Source of the DNA: Geosiphon pyriformis uo1
Lineage: Eukaryota > Fungi > Glomeromycota
Length of the DNA: 64,000 bases
Assembly: GCA_016748015.1 (NCBI GenBank)
Contig: JAAOMT010000400.1
Coordinates: forward strand, 248,001-312,000
Reading direction: 5' to 3'
Shown: piece after piece, positions 39,801-53,000 of the stretch
Layout: every line of letters starts with the position of its first letter
How positions within the stretch are numbered: the first letter of the stretch is position 1
The notes under the pieces: generated by a model
What the model was told of the DNA's origin: nothing
The model's input: only the letters and a program-made list of their open reading frames with translations
Database searches by the model: none
Translations under genes and position numbers: made by a program

Positions 39801-39990
39801 TTAAAGACAGTCTTTTATTATTATTACTTAAAGAAAAAACTCTTAAAACATTTTGTTTAACTGTTTTTACAACAAAAAAAACTTTTTTGGTTGAAACTTT
39901 ATTAAATATTTTAGAAAATATATCAGATATAGCTTTTTTATTTTTTGCTTTAATTGTAATTATAAAATTAAAAAAACAGAGTTTTTTTTA
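36880..39990 (-). mobile_element. Eroded LINE family C ORF1 copy, interrupted by a solo LTR
   Basis: The reverse complement is colinear with 11270-12900; ORFs 39327-39524 and 36992-37294. The reading continues across the LTR insertion into the CCHC knuckle. Confidence 0.72.
37631..38605 (-). repeat. Solo LTR (family 1) with 4-bp TSD CTAG/CTAA
   Basis: Termini TATTATTAG..CTGGTAATA (decayed TGTTACCAG..CTGGTAACA); colinear with 52182-53138. Confidence 0.8.
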
Positions 39991-40260
39991 ATTAATTATT
40001 ATTAAAATTAGTTATTATTTTGTTGTTATAATTATTGTAAATATAACTAAAAAACTTAATAAATTTTTTACATATTTTGATTTTAATTAAACTTTTATGT
40101 AAATATTATTAACTAACAAAATTATATGTTTTTTATGTATTTTGTAAAATTACTTAAAATTTTTAGTTTTTTTTTAATATATTTTTTATAATTAATTTAA
40201 TTACAAAAATTAAAAATTGAGTTAAAATGTTTTTCAAAACTAAGAAATTATTATTATTAT

Positions 40261-43200
40261 TTTTTTCTTATATTTAACGAATGAAGTCCAAATGCGACCT
40301 AGCGCTATACATTAAACAAATAATCTAAACTAGGTGCGAATCATGTGCTCTCTACACGTGACCAGCCACTTGGGCCAGTCAGGACTACACTATACACTTA
40401 TATGCACAGAAACTGAACCTCCAATACCTGAAAAAAATGGACAAAACTTACGAAACCCGAAACCAACTTCAAACGCCTCAGCTACTCCCAGCAATCTGAC
40501 TATACCAGCCGAAAACACTATAGGCAAACCAAAAACTGAAGCAGGAGTGGAGCCATCAATCGGAATCAAACTGTGCCTTTCCATAAACACTCGGTGTCTG
40601 GCCCAGACCAACCAAATATTGTCCCAAAATGCAAGACAAAACTCATGCACAAAGCTCACAATCCTCTTAGCACCCTCCTTAGAATCCTTAAAAACCAAGA
40701 CAGACTCATGAAACCATTCATCGAAAACAAAGCCCTTACACAGAGCAACACCAACTCCAACTTTAGAAACACAAGAATCCAAGGCCTGTAAAACACATGA
40801 AGAAGAGCGAGAAAGACCAGAAAGAGCCTTCCAAGCTGAAGCATGAGTGTCCAACAAATGAGCATAGGCAACGGCATCCTGAGGACACAAAAAAACATGA
40901 TCCGAGGTCTCAACGTCACCACAAAACAGACAGACCACACTGGGGTATCTTCTATTATATAAACGCTTATGCACAGCAACAGGAAGCCAATGATAGAGAG
41001 CCTTCATAAAGTAAGTACGACAGCCTGCCATGCGCATACTGGTAAAACCGGATGCCATGTGAGAATCAGGGTGCTATACCATAGAAGACTTAGACCAATT
41101 GATTTTAGCACGCAAACTATCATCCACAACACAAGAACCTACTCCAATCTCCCAACGAGCACAATGAACTGACTGAAAAACATCACAAACAAAGTGTCTA
41201 GAATTACCAGAAACTGCCATACCACCAGCACATAGAAAACATTCACTGACTAAATGAGGTAGGCGCCAAGCAAAGAGAGCAGCACCTTTGGCAAGCGCAT
41301 TAGCATGCTCATTGTCTGAGACACCTAAGTGACTTTTTACCTTAACCCAGTTCACATCCAAATTTTTTTGACAAATGACAGTAGCAATGTGACAACACTC
41401 AATCCAACAGCAGTTCCTGAAATCCAGACAAACCATCGAAGACTCCGACTTACATGCATCCAAAGCAGCTTGGCTATCTGAGAACAAGTCAATCGAATGA
41501 TAAAAAGGAACACACTCAAGGGCCAAAGTGATGGCTTGCAGCTCTGTTAGAGTAGAAGAAACCAAACCAGACACCCCAACATCCAAACCCAAGTTAATGT
41601 CCTCAAAAAAAATGGCAGCACCTGCTCTCATGTCAACAGTGCCCAGACCAGAAAGAGATCCATCCGTATACACAGAAAGGCGGGCAGCATCAACGGTTGG
41701 CAAAGTGTTATGAACCATACCAAAATCATAAGAAAGATGAATATCAGAAACAGCATGACCATCCACCAAAGAAGAACTTGAGGAGAGAGATACAACACCA
41801 CCAAGAAAACAAATGGAAAGACCAAACCAGAAAGGGACTAGGCCACGAGGGTCCAGCCTCTTCCAATGCTTGAAGGTCCCCCAACTAAAAACATTACCAT
41901 TACGGTCACAAAGCTGTTCCACGAAAGCGATTCCATAATGCCTGAGTAAAGAAACGCACTTAAAAAAACAGGATTCACCAAAAACCAAAGACATAGGAGT
42001 ACTGCACTGATGATGAAAAGCACAAGCCAGAGGGCCTCCCAGAGACAAATCACATCCAGAAAAAATGCGAACCACACCTGCCAAAAAATTGTTCGAGGGA
42101 CTGATACCAACACGAGCCAGAAACAGCAAAGGATGACAAGGACGCCAGCTGAGAACCTGAAGATCATGAGACTTATGAGAAAACAAGCGACCCAAGACAC
42201 CAGTAGAATTTGCAAAAGCAACAACGGAGACCGATTTACTTTCAGCTTGGATCTGTTCAAAAGTTCTTAAATTGTACAAAGAGGGGTGATGAAGTGCATC
42301 ACTGGGAAAATCATGTGGCAATCCAGATTTGGACTTTAAGACCTTATATACCAAAGTATCCCATTTACTACAGACACCAATAGAAATGAAACTGAACTGA
42401 GTTCTGTAGCTGATGATAGGGAAAAGAACTGCAGACACTAAATATGCACACTGTTTGTCCGAAATCGCCTTTCTCAAAACAAGATTCACAAAAAACCATA
42501 CATTAGCCTCAGCTTTAGCCAGACTAGGCTTCGAAAGACCCTCAGAAGACAAAAAAATACCCAAATAGCGATGAGATTCCCTTTTCTTGACAATAGAAAT
42601 AGGCACACCACTGATAGTCAAACGAGGATCCAGCACCCGGCAATTAATGGGGATGGCCACCGTTTTGTCGTTGTTCACAGAAATATTATTAAACCTAAAA
42701 AACTCACTAGCAACATCAAGAATGCATTGTGTAGCAGCCTGGCTGCTACCAACCCAAATAGTATCATCGACAAAAGCACTGACAACAAGAAACAAAGACA
42801 GCCCAGCTTGAGGATCCACCCGGCCAGTTCCTGATATGAAATAAGAATTCAATCTGTAGCCATACAAACTATTCTGTCTCTTGACCTTGCACAAAAGTGA
42901 ATCATAAAAAATACGCCAGAGAAGAGGTGAGAAAACTTCTCCCTGATTCAGCCTATCATGGACACAATACCCATCAGTCAAGCCAAAGTCAGTCATTACT
43001 TTGTTGACGCGACCATTGTGAATATTACCAAAAAATCTAATAAACCTGTCACACATTTTGATTCTGACCAGACTCCTCCTAAGATGTTCCCAACCAACCG
43101 AGTCATAAGCCTTGTGCATGTCCTGTAAAACCAGCCAAAGTTCACGGTTCTTCTCCAAGGCATCCTCAATCACAGAACTGATAGCAAAAATGGGAGATTG

Positions 43201-46200
43201 CGTCATCGTACCCTTCAAAACTGAAAAATTGTCCCCACAAAGAACATCAAAAGTGCTGCAAGCCAGAGAGATCCTATCTGAAAGAATCTTGGAAAGAATC
43301 TTGCAGGCAGTTTCAATTAAAGCTATTGGACGGGTGTTCATAAGAACTCCCTCCCATTCATATGGTTTAGAAATCATCGAAACCCAAGCTTCCCTTCAAG
43401 GCCCAGGAACTGACTCGCCAACCAAACAGAGATTTAAAAGCACCAAAAGCATATCTAAGACAGATTTGTCACAATGTTTTCATAATTCATTGGAGATACC
43501 AGAAAGACCAGCTGCTTTTCCATCAGAAAGATTCTCAACAACAGCTAACAACTCATCAAAACTAATCGAACACATGACATTAGAGAAAGCACCATCGAAC
43601 ACGTAATCCAGAGGCTGATATTGACGAGCCCAATCTTCAGATAAATCAGACACCACTTCACGTTTTCTGGTCCATCCCTTCATAATTTCATCCATCTTAG
43701 ACTTAACCAAATCAGGCTCCAAAATCAACTCATTTTCCACAACCAGATGATCCAGGACCACCTTGTGAAAAGGACGCTCCAAGACACTCCTAATGGTGTA
43801 ACCCTTGTTCAGTTCAAAACTCTCCATTCTCCTATTAATAGCCTGCTTGATAGAGGATTCCTCAGCACACTTAGATTCTGATAATTTGAGAGAGCAGTAC
43901 AATTTCCTTGCTTTGGCCAATACAGAACGAATATGATCAAAATTAGAACCTGAAAGAAACAGAGACCTAACCACCAATGCACCAGGGAAGTCTAGTCTGT
44001 GCCACACCTCCAATAAAGAAGCAAAACTATCACTAGAAGCCAAACACGAAGCCTTGACCAACTTAGAAACCAGCAGCTCTAGCTTGTGAAACCTAGAAAA
44101 AGTTTTGGTAAACATGCCATCAAAAACTTTGAACCATTTTTTCTTAAATATACCACCCGCCGAGAGAACCATAATCTTGTGAATAATGTCCCACATAGCA
44201 TCCACATCTGAAAACCTTACTGTCACACCAAAAGCATTTGAGAACATAGAGACATTAGTAGCTGAAGCAACCTTAAACTCCAACTACTTAGCTTCATTGG
44301 TACTTTTGACGTCAAACTTCCAACGATCTTTATTTGCTTGCTTGCGAAGAGAATTCAAACACATATCCAAGAGCCCGCCCAAATCCAAATCCACCAAAAC
44401 AGCTTGATGGTCTGTGTCAAAATGCCCACTGACATTCAAAACTTCACAACTCACTATTACATTAACAAGACTCGAGGAGACAAACACATAATCAATTGTT
44501 TTCTTAACACCCCTAGAATTTTTCCAAGTGGGCATTTTCACAGCCAGGCTACTGATTAAAGAATTGACCAGACCCAAATCAAAGCATTTTTTGAAACTTG
44601 TACTTTTATGAGAACCATCTTCATTAAAATCGCCACTAAGAATGATGAAAGAAGATTCATTAACAGCCTTTGCAATAAGAGAGTTGATATCGCCAGCTTA
44701 AGCAAACCGAGTTACTGAAAAGGCACCAGCGTACAGCCCCAAAATTGACACAAATAGTTTATTCTTGAAAAGCAGCCTAATGGACAGGAGCTGACCAGGC
44801 ACCTCAGAAACCTTGTACACATGACGAGCCAAAGAAACGTCCATGATAACAGCAACACCCGCACCCAAGTGACCAGAGTCCAAACCAGAAGTGAACACTC
44901 AGACACCATCGAACTTGTCTGCAATCCACGGACAAACCCTACTTCTTAATTTCGTTTCAGTAACAACAAAGACCACATTGTTCATTTCATTATGCCACTT
45001 AATAATGTCCTCTTGCTTAGCGGGATTGTTCATGCCCTTGATGTTGCACATAGCAACTTTCCAGACCAAACTGCTCATTGAGTGAGGGATAGAGATGCCG
45101 AACGCGTCCCTATACTATCCACTTTGGCCAAAAGGCCCAAAACTGTTTCCATTAAACACTTCATGCTGTCTTCCAGCTTAGACACTGAAGACATATCGAA
45201 AGACACCACTCCTACAACATTCCCACCACTAGTGGATGCACCCGAACTCTCACTCATCACTACATCCACCCCTTGATCCTGTGATAAAGGGGTCACCAAT
45301 GGCTGACATTCAGGGCTAGGCTGGAGAACCATTGGTCCGAGTGCATCCAATTTCTTAGCCAGCTTACCAACTTGCTACGCGAGGCTGGCGAGACTGCGCT
45401 CAAGAGCAGCAAACCTATTGTTGACTTCCATCATAACCGGTAGAGACGACTTCATCTCCAAAAAGGAGCCATTATTCACCAAAACATTTTGACTAGAGAG
45501 GGGGAGTGAAAAAGACCTGCGAACAACCTTCGCCTATGAGAGACCACCAAAAAAGACCGGACAGGCAATTGGAGCTGAGCACTTGGCATAGATGGTTACC
45601 AGCCTGCTTTTATCTGTATCCAAGAAAACCCTACGCAGCAAACTACCAAAGAAAAATTTCCCACCAACTGCACAACCCAATGACATATGACCCAACTTCT
45701 CACACTTGGCGCATTTAGCAGAAATGAGACGAGACCAGTGGAGATTAGTGTTCCTAAGTACTGGCGTCATTCCCATAGCAGCATCCAATGACTCAACAGA
45801 GTCGAAGCAAACAACAGTACACCTGGCCCAAGCATATGTAACAAAATGACGATCAATGACGCATGTCTTCCCATCCACAGATCTAACAAAATCCCAGATA
45901 TCATGAGCATTGGTCCCTATTGGTAATGTGTAAAGCAGCACTCTATGTCGGTCCCTTGTATCTCATGCCTCCTTGTTTGAAACAGTCTTAGCCATTCGTA
46001 CAGCATCTTTCCCAATTAGAATGGACCACTCAGCTGCGACCAAATCAGCCTGATTCGATCACTCAAATTCCACTACTGCCTTCTGCCACAGCCTAATTAA
46101 CTGCATCTTGATCATCTTAATAACTCCAAACTCGGATAGCACAGCACGCACAGCCTCAGCTGATGTTCCAATTGGAATTTCTTTTATGACTACAGCCCGA

Positions 46201-47020
46201 TCTGATTGCCTAGATGATTTTTTGAGATCGGTGTTTACTAAGATCTTCGCATTTGCAGCTTTATTAGTAGCTTTCATTAGACTCAATTTGGAAGTGAACG
46301 TTGCTCTGATAATCCCAGCAAATTTTGAGGGGGTAGATATCCTCCCAAAACCATTGATTCCTGAAAATAACTTTCTAATAACTGCACACTTTTCCTGAGA
46401 GGTTTTGCCAATAATCTTATCCAAGCCAATATCTAAAGCAAACGATTTCCTAACCAGAACATTGACCAGATTCTTAACCAAAGGAGGAGGAGGTTCTAAG
46501 ACAGCACCAGAAAGAACATCGTTATCATCACTACCCGAAAAATATATCTTTCCCAATGGCTTTCCCAGTGCACTTTTGGTCTTAACTCTTGAACTTTTCG
46601 GCGTCTGATTAGGATCCCCACCAGCAAGAAGACCTTCCTCACCATAATTGATACTGGTTTCCTCCACCAAACACTCAGCTTCCATATCAACACTCTCAGA
46701 CTCAGTGGTGTCTCCTGCCTCTAATCCCCATGAGCAACCACTCTGCACTTTATCCGAACCCTTTTCAATGCCAATACTATCTTCAAGAACACCACCTCTT
46801 CTCTTTTTTCTCAACAAAACAGCCATAAAACCACCACCTGAACTAGAACCTTCCATAGCCTTCTTTATGACAGCAATACTAGAGCCAACAGTGGCCTCAT
46901 AATCGAGCAAAAACAGTTTAGATTTATTGTATTGAATGGTAAAAAAACTTCTTTCAAAAAACTTTCTTGGCTCTTTTTTTGGGGATTTGGGAGGAATGAG
47001 AGAAAGAGTTTTTTTATCTC
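40261..47020 (-). mobile_element. Full-length non-LTR retrotransposon (LINE A): ORF1 ~46870-45075; ORF2 45078-40390 (APE endonuclease, RT, RNase H, C-terminal Zn finger); inactivated by point stops
   Basis: ORF1 knuckle CAKCEKLGHMSLGC. APE motifs CNIKGMN, ETK, GDFN, IDY and DTDH. RT motifs RPIAL, QDMHKAYDSV, QGEVFSPLLW, AFVDD and YLG. RNase H motifs YTDGS, ELQAI, SDSQ and KVKSH. Zn finger CLFC..H..C. Poly-A at 40261 and 11-bp TSD ATTATTATTAT (40250-40260, 47021-47031). All ORF2 fragments lie in one frame. Confidence 0.96.
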
Positions 47021-47040
47021 ATTATTATTATAAAAAACAT

Positions 47041-50000
47041 AAAATAAATAAATAAAACTTCTTTCTTTTTTACTTCCAAATAATCCTCAAAGAGCACATT
47101 TTCTAAAAAAAAAAGTTTTTTAATTTTTCTTGTTAAGTTTATATCAACATTTCTTTAACTAATAACTCTTTTGTTGTGGATTTAAAGACTACGTCTGGCA
47201 GTGATATGTCTAAGAAAAAAGTGCCTAAGAGTACTCTTTATGGTTCTGCTGGTGGTTTTTTCTCCCAAAAAAAAAAAGTAGTTCTTGGTAATATTAAATA
47301 TTCAGGTGATGAAAAGAACATTTCTTTAGTCAAACTTGGTTCTAGTGGCATGTACTTGGACATAAATAGTGAATCTAGTTGTGGTGAAGACAATACACTC
47401 ATAGAAGATATTAACAGTAGGTCACTTTTAGACTCAGCAGCTACTACTCTTAAAGTGAAAAAAGTGAATTCCAGCATGGTCTTTGGGTCCTCTTTTGGCT
47501 TCCCCAATTATGAAATGAAAGAAAAAGTGGAACTCTTCTCACCCCCCCTTGGTATATCTTTGGAAAAAAAATGGATAGATCCTAAAATTGTAAAAACTCC
47601 TGTGGAAGTTTCTGTTAGGAAGTCATTTGCTTTGGATATCAATCTTTTGGCAGTGGAGGGCAAATCTGCTACAGCTAAAACTCAGTTCATCAGAAAAATT
47701 TTTTTGACAGTCAATGGTTTTGGGAGGACCACTACTCCCTCAAAATTTGAAGAAATTATCTGATCAACATTTACTTCTGAGAAGAGCTTGATTAAGGCTA
47801 CATTATTGGCCAAAGAAAAAGGGATCATCATAAACAGCAATCTCAAGAAACAAAGAATTCATTCAGATTAGGCCATAGTAATCAAAGAAATTCCCATGAA
47901 TATGCCAAAGAAAATGATTGTTGCCATAGTATCTAAGTTTGGTAATATTAAGTCGATCAAAATTCAGCTGATTGGTATATGATAAAAGACTGTAGTGGAA
48001 TTCACTGAATTAGAACAAGCAAAGCAACTGATATCAAAATGATTGTTTCTTATTGGGAAAGATTCAATGCATGTGACTATGGCTATAAGAGATTAGGATA
48101 CTTGGATGTCTAGGGATTGCTTTAAGGTGCTTTTGTTTATTTTGTCAGTGGGAACAACTGTACACAATCTTGGTACTCTTTTGGAAGGGGCTGGTGAAAA
48201 AACTTGTGTAATTAATCATTTTCTGGAGACTGGCAACTGGAATCACTGTGCTGTAGTTGGTTTTAAATCTGAAAATAAGCTTGAATCTGCATTTTGCACT
48301 GAGCCAATTTTTGGTGGCATAAGACTTTCTTGGGCTAAATTGGACCTGGTTTGGTGTGAAAAATATGAGAAGTTTAGACACTCAGCTTTGGAGTGTGATG
48401 CTTCTGATGCTCTGGTTTCTGCCTCTCCTGAAAAAAACTTTAAAAGGAATGCTTCTAATAAGTATCATCTTCAGTTGGCAAAATTGTATAGAAAAAAAAG
48501 TGTTCCAATTTATCACTCTGCTGCCTTTGGTGGCAAAACTTGGGTCCAAGTGGTCTCATTTGCTGGTTTTTCTGGTGGTCTTTGTTTTAGTTCTGGTTCC
48601 AGTTCTGGCATCCTTTTTTCTGGTGCCTCAAATTTGAACAGTAACTCCCTTCTTGCTTCAGCTAATAACTTTTCCTTAAATGCTCATTTGGCCACTTTGA
48701 AATGCTTCTTAGAGCTCTTAATAGATCAGGTGTCTGGTATATTGAAAAAGTTAAGTGGCATGGAACTGGTACCAATGGCAACCCCTTTTAGTGTTCCTTT
48801 TCTGGTTATTCCTATCTCTTTGGTGTTGAAATTGGATGTGAATATGGCTTTAAATGATATGATGTTAGCATCTGTTTCTCCTCTTTCAGCTGTTGATGAT
48901 GTGATCCATAATTTTGGCTCGAGTTTTTCTAAGGTTTTAACCTCCAAAGTGGGTGGATTGAAATCAAAAATGGTGGCTTTTGAGGTCTCAATTGGTTTGG
49001 TTTTGGAAAAGTTGAATCATCTGTGTTCTGGTTCAGATTCTTCAGCTCTCCTTTCATCTCAATAAGTGGTTTGGTGTAGAAGGTGGCTACATGTAATGTC
49101 AGAGGCATGAACAATCCTGTTAAACAAGAAGATATTGTTTGCTGGCACAAATATATGGACAATGTAATTTCTGTGGTTACTAAAACAAAGTTGAAAGACA
49201 AAGTTCATCCTTGGATTATGAATAAATTTAATGGTGTTTGAGTGTTCATCTCTGGTTTAGAGTCTGGTTATTTGGATGCAGATGTTGCCATAATTATGAA
49301 TGCTTCTTTAGCAAAGCACATGTACAAAGTTTTTAAGATGTTCAGCCGACTCATTTCTGTGAAATTGCTCTTCAAAAACAATCTTTCTGTAATAGTTTTG
49401 GGCTTGTATGTGAGTGCTACCTTGGTGAAGAGGCTGAAGCACTCACAAGTTGTTAATTCAATGGTGGTTGAGGCTTTAAATGGCAGTACATTTGTTGTTC
49501 TTAGTGGTGATTTTAACGAAAATGATTTTGGTCACAGTACAAGCTTCAAGAAATGTTTGGATCTGGGTTTGCTTAATTCTTTACATGATTTTTCTTTGCA
49601 CAAACTTTTCACATGGTCCAATTTGAGGGGTGTTCAGAAGTGCATAGATTTTATATTGGTTAGTAATGATCTTCGCAGTTCTTCTTTTAACCAAAGAGTT
49701 TACTGTCTGGTTGAATTTTTTGATTCTGACCACTTGGTTGTATCAATGGACATTAGTTTGGGGGGCCTTCTCAATTCTCAGCTTAATTTGATCTGCAAAC
49801 AGGCTGCAAAAGAAAAATGGAAATACAAAGTCAATAATATCAATAGTGAGGTTTGGAAAAAGTTTAGAAATACATCATTGGCTGCTGCTTCAAAGACTGC
49901 TAGTGATTTTGAATATTACAAAACTAAAGGTGATATCAATAGAATGTGGACACAGCTCTGTTGGATGATGTGCTCTGCAGTGGAAGCTACTCTTATGAAA

Positions 50001-53000
50001 ACATGGTACAGAGATAGCAAGTTGGTCAAGACTGCTGTCTCTTCTAGATTTCACAAGTTAAAACTTTTGGTAACAAAAATTTTGAATGCATACAAATCAG
50101 ATAATTTGGGAAAATTTCAGGCTTTAATTAATAAATGAACTGACTTGGATCTTGATCTGGCTGTAGAGTTCAAGAGTTTCTTGAACAATGATCATAACAA
50201 AGTGTTGGTTGAACAATCACTAGCTCATTTTAGGAAATTGTATAGATCTCACAAGTTTTTAGACTCTAAGGCTGCTGAGAATTCACAGATACAAGCAGCC
50301 ATTGATAAGCATATAGAAGCTTTTGTGGACAACAAAGGTCAAATGATTAGAAGTGTGTTGGAGAAGCCTTTCAGAAAAGTTATGTTGGATCATCTGGTTG
50401 ATAATAAAGATTTGGTTTTAAAGCCTGATTTGGTCAAGGGCAGAATGGATTCAATTATAGAGGATTGGATCAGAAAATGTGCAATCAAATCTTCTGTGTC
50501 TTTCTGTTGGCAAGAACAATTTTTTTCTTTCAATTATGTCAATGATAGTGCATTTTCTGACGTGATAAAGCAAATTGATTTTGATGAATTTTTATTGGTG
50601 GTCAAGAATCTTCCTGATGGCAAAGCTGTTAGACTGTCTGGTATCTTTAATGAGATGTGGAAGCATTGTGATGAGTTTGTCCTGATTTTTTTTTTGCATC
50701 TGCTCAATTCATGTTTGATATGTAAATCTGTTCCAGATGTCTGGAAAGAAGTCTGGGTGTCCATGATTCCAAAACCTTATAAGTGAGAAGGGGTATTAAC
50801 AAACACCAGACTTATTGCTCTTATTGAAACTTCTAAGAAAATTCTTTCAAAAATTCTATCTGATCATATTTTGAGAGCTTGCAGCACACACAACATTCTG
50901 CATAGAGACAACTTTTCAGTATTGAAAGGCATTTTTATTCAATCTCCTATTTTTGTTGTAGGATCTGTTGTGAAAGATGCTTTAGAAAAAGGCAGGGAAC
51001 TCTGGCTGGTACTTCAAGACATGCGCAAAGCTTATGATTCAGTAGGCTAGTTGTATTTAAAAAGTAGTTTAGAAAAAATCAAAATGTGTGAAAAGTTTGT
51101 TAGGTTTTTTGGTAGTATTCACAATGACCACACAAATAGGGTTATGATGAACTTTGGTTTATTCAAGGATTACAAAGTTCATGATGGTCTGGATTAGGGG
51201 GAAGTTTTTTCTTCTCTTTTGTGAAGAATTTTTTATGATCCTCTTTTGTGCGAGATAAAGAAACATGAATCATTTTTTAGGTATCAGATCAATTCCAAAT
51301 TCATGGCCAAAACAGGCAAAATAGAATTAAATACTGGTTTGACTTTTTATTTGTCTGCTGGTGCTTTTGTGAATGATACCATTTGGGTTGGCAATTGTCA
51401 TATAGTGACACAGAAGATTTTGAACATTGCTAGTAAGTTCTTTAAATTAATAGATATATCGATTAATATAAAGAAAACAGTTGCCATTTTTATTAACCCA
51501 AGGACCAGCAATATCTCCTTGAAGGTAAGTGGGTCTCCAATTTCAATCACAAAGGCTGGTGAGGCTCATTGATATCTAGGTATTTTTCTGTTAACTAAAG
51601 GTCTTTTTGGTCTGAGTTTAAAGAAAGCAAATTCAGATGTCAAGTTTTTCTCATCCATAGTTTTGTGCAAAGCTATCATAGACAAGCAGTTCTCTTATTT
51701 AGTATTAACTGTTTTACAGCCCATAGTGAAATATAGAACTTAATTTAGTTTTGTTAATAAAGGCACGTGTAAGAAATAGAACTATATAATTAGAAAGAGG
51801 TTAAAGTCTAAGGCCAGTTTGCCTAAGGACTTTCCTAATGAGACAGTGTACTATCCCTTTTTATACAATTTGAAGTCCTTTGAACAAGTCCAGACAGAAG
51901 CAAAAGTCTTATCAGTTTTACAGTTCACTAATAATAGTGGATTAATGAGTTGACTATTTGGGCATAAGTTAATGGACTTGCAGGTTTTGGGCTGGGTATC
52001 TCAGAACTCTCTTCAATTTTCTGTTAAGTTGATGGTCAATCTGATGAACAATTTTCTGGCTGGTGTTACCAAAATTTTTTTGCATAATGAAATTTCCTTA
52101 GCTAATGGCTTGTCCAATACTTTTTGTCTTAAGCATGGTTTTTCAGTTTTGGATATTTTGGGCCAGACACTGTATCTCCAGTGTTACCAGAGGTTTTTGG
52201 TCTCTTCTTAGCTCTTGTATGTTTGTTATGAGAAGTGTTTGAACCTCCGATAACTGAATTTATCTTCAAATTATCTCCTATAATTTGAACTGCTGGGCTT
52301 ATAAGTGAAATGGCCAATTTCATGTCAGTTATTTTGTATAGTTACATTGTAGTAAACATCAACTCTTTCCTAGGAATTGCTCGTCTAGAAGCTCACTAAA
52401 AATGTGTAGTTACTTTGCTGTAAAAGTCAACTCTTCTACAGGAATCTCGTCTGTAGGCTACCCTAATGATTATAATAAGAAAAAAAAAATAAATAAGAGA
52501 AATGTAAAAGGAATAGAATTTTATCAAGGGAAACGTTTTTCTATCCAGGTCTGGAGTCACTAACAGTTTACTGAAATTGGTAGCTAATCAATTTCAAAAT
52601 GTTAGTTGGATTTTGAGGATTTTCCAAGTGTAATAATTAAAGAATTTGGTTTTTTTCAAATTATTTGATTTTTATTTCTTTTTGTGTATGTAGGAATGGT
52701 TCTAAGTGATAAATCTAAAGTAAAATACATTTTTTCAAAGAGAGAAGCTCTTCTTTTATACAACTTGTCATAACACTATTCTATGAACTTGAACTTTGCT
52801 CTTTTCTACAATTTTGCTGAACTAAAAATACATTTCGGCAAACTACAAGTTATTTTTGCAAACTATTAGATATTTCAGTGAACTATCAATTATTTTGGTG
52901 AATTTCTACAAATTTCGGTGAACTTTTGAATGTTACATATTTTGGTATTACATGATTGATCATCACACTTAGATTACATTTGTGTTATGTACAAATTGGG

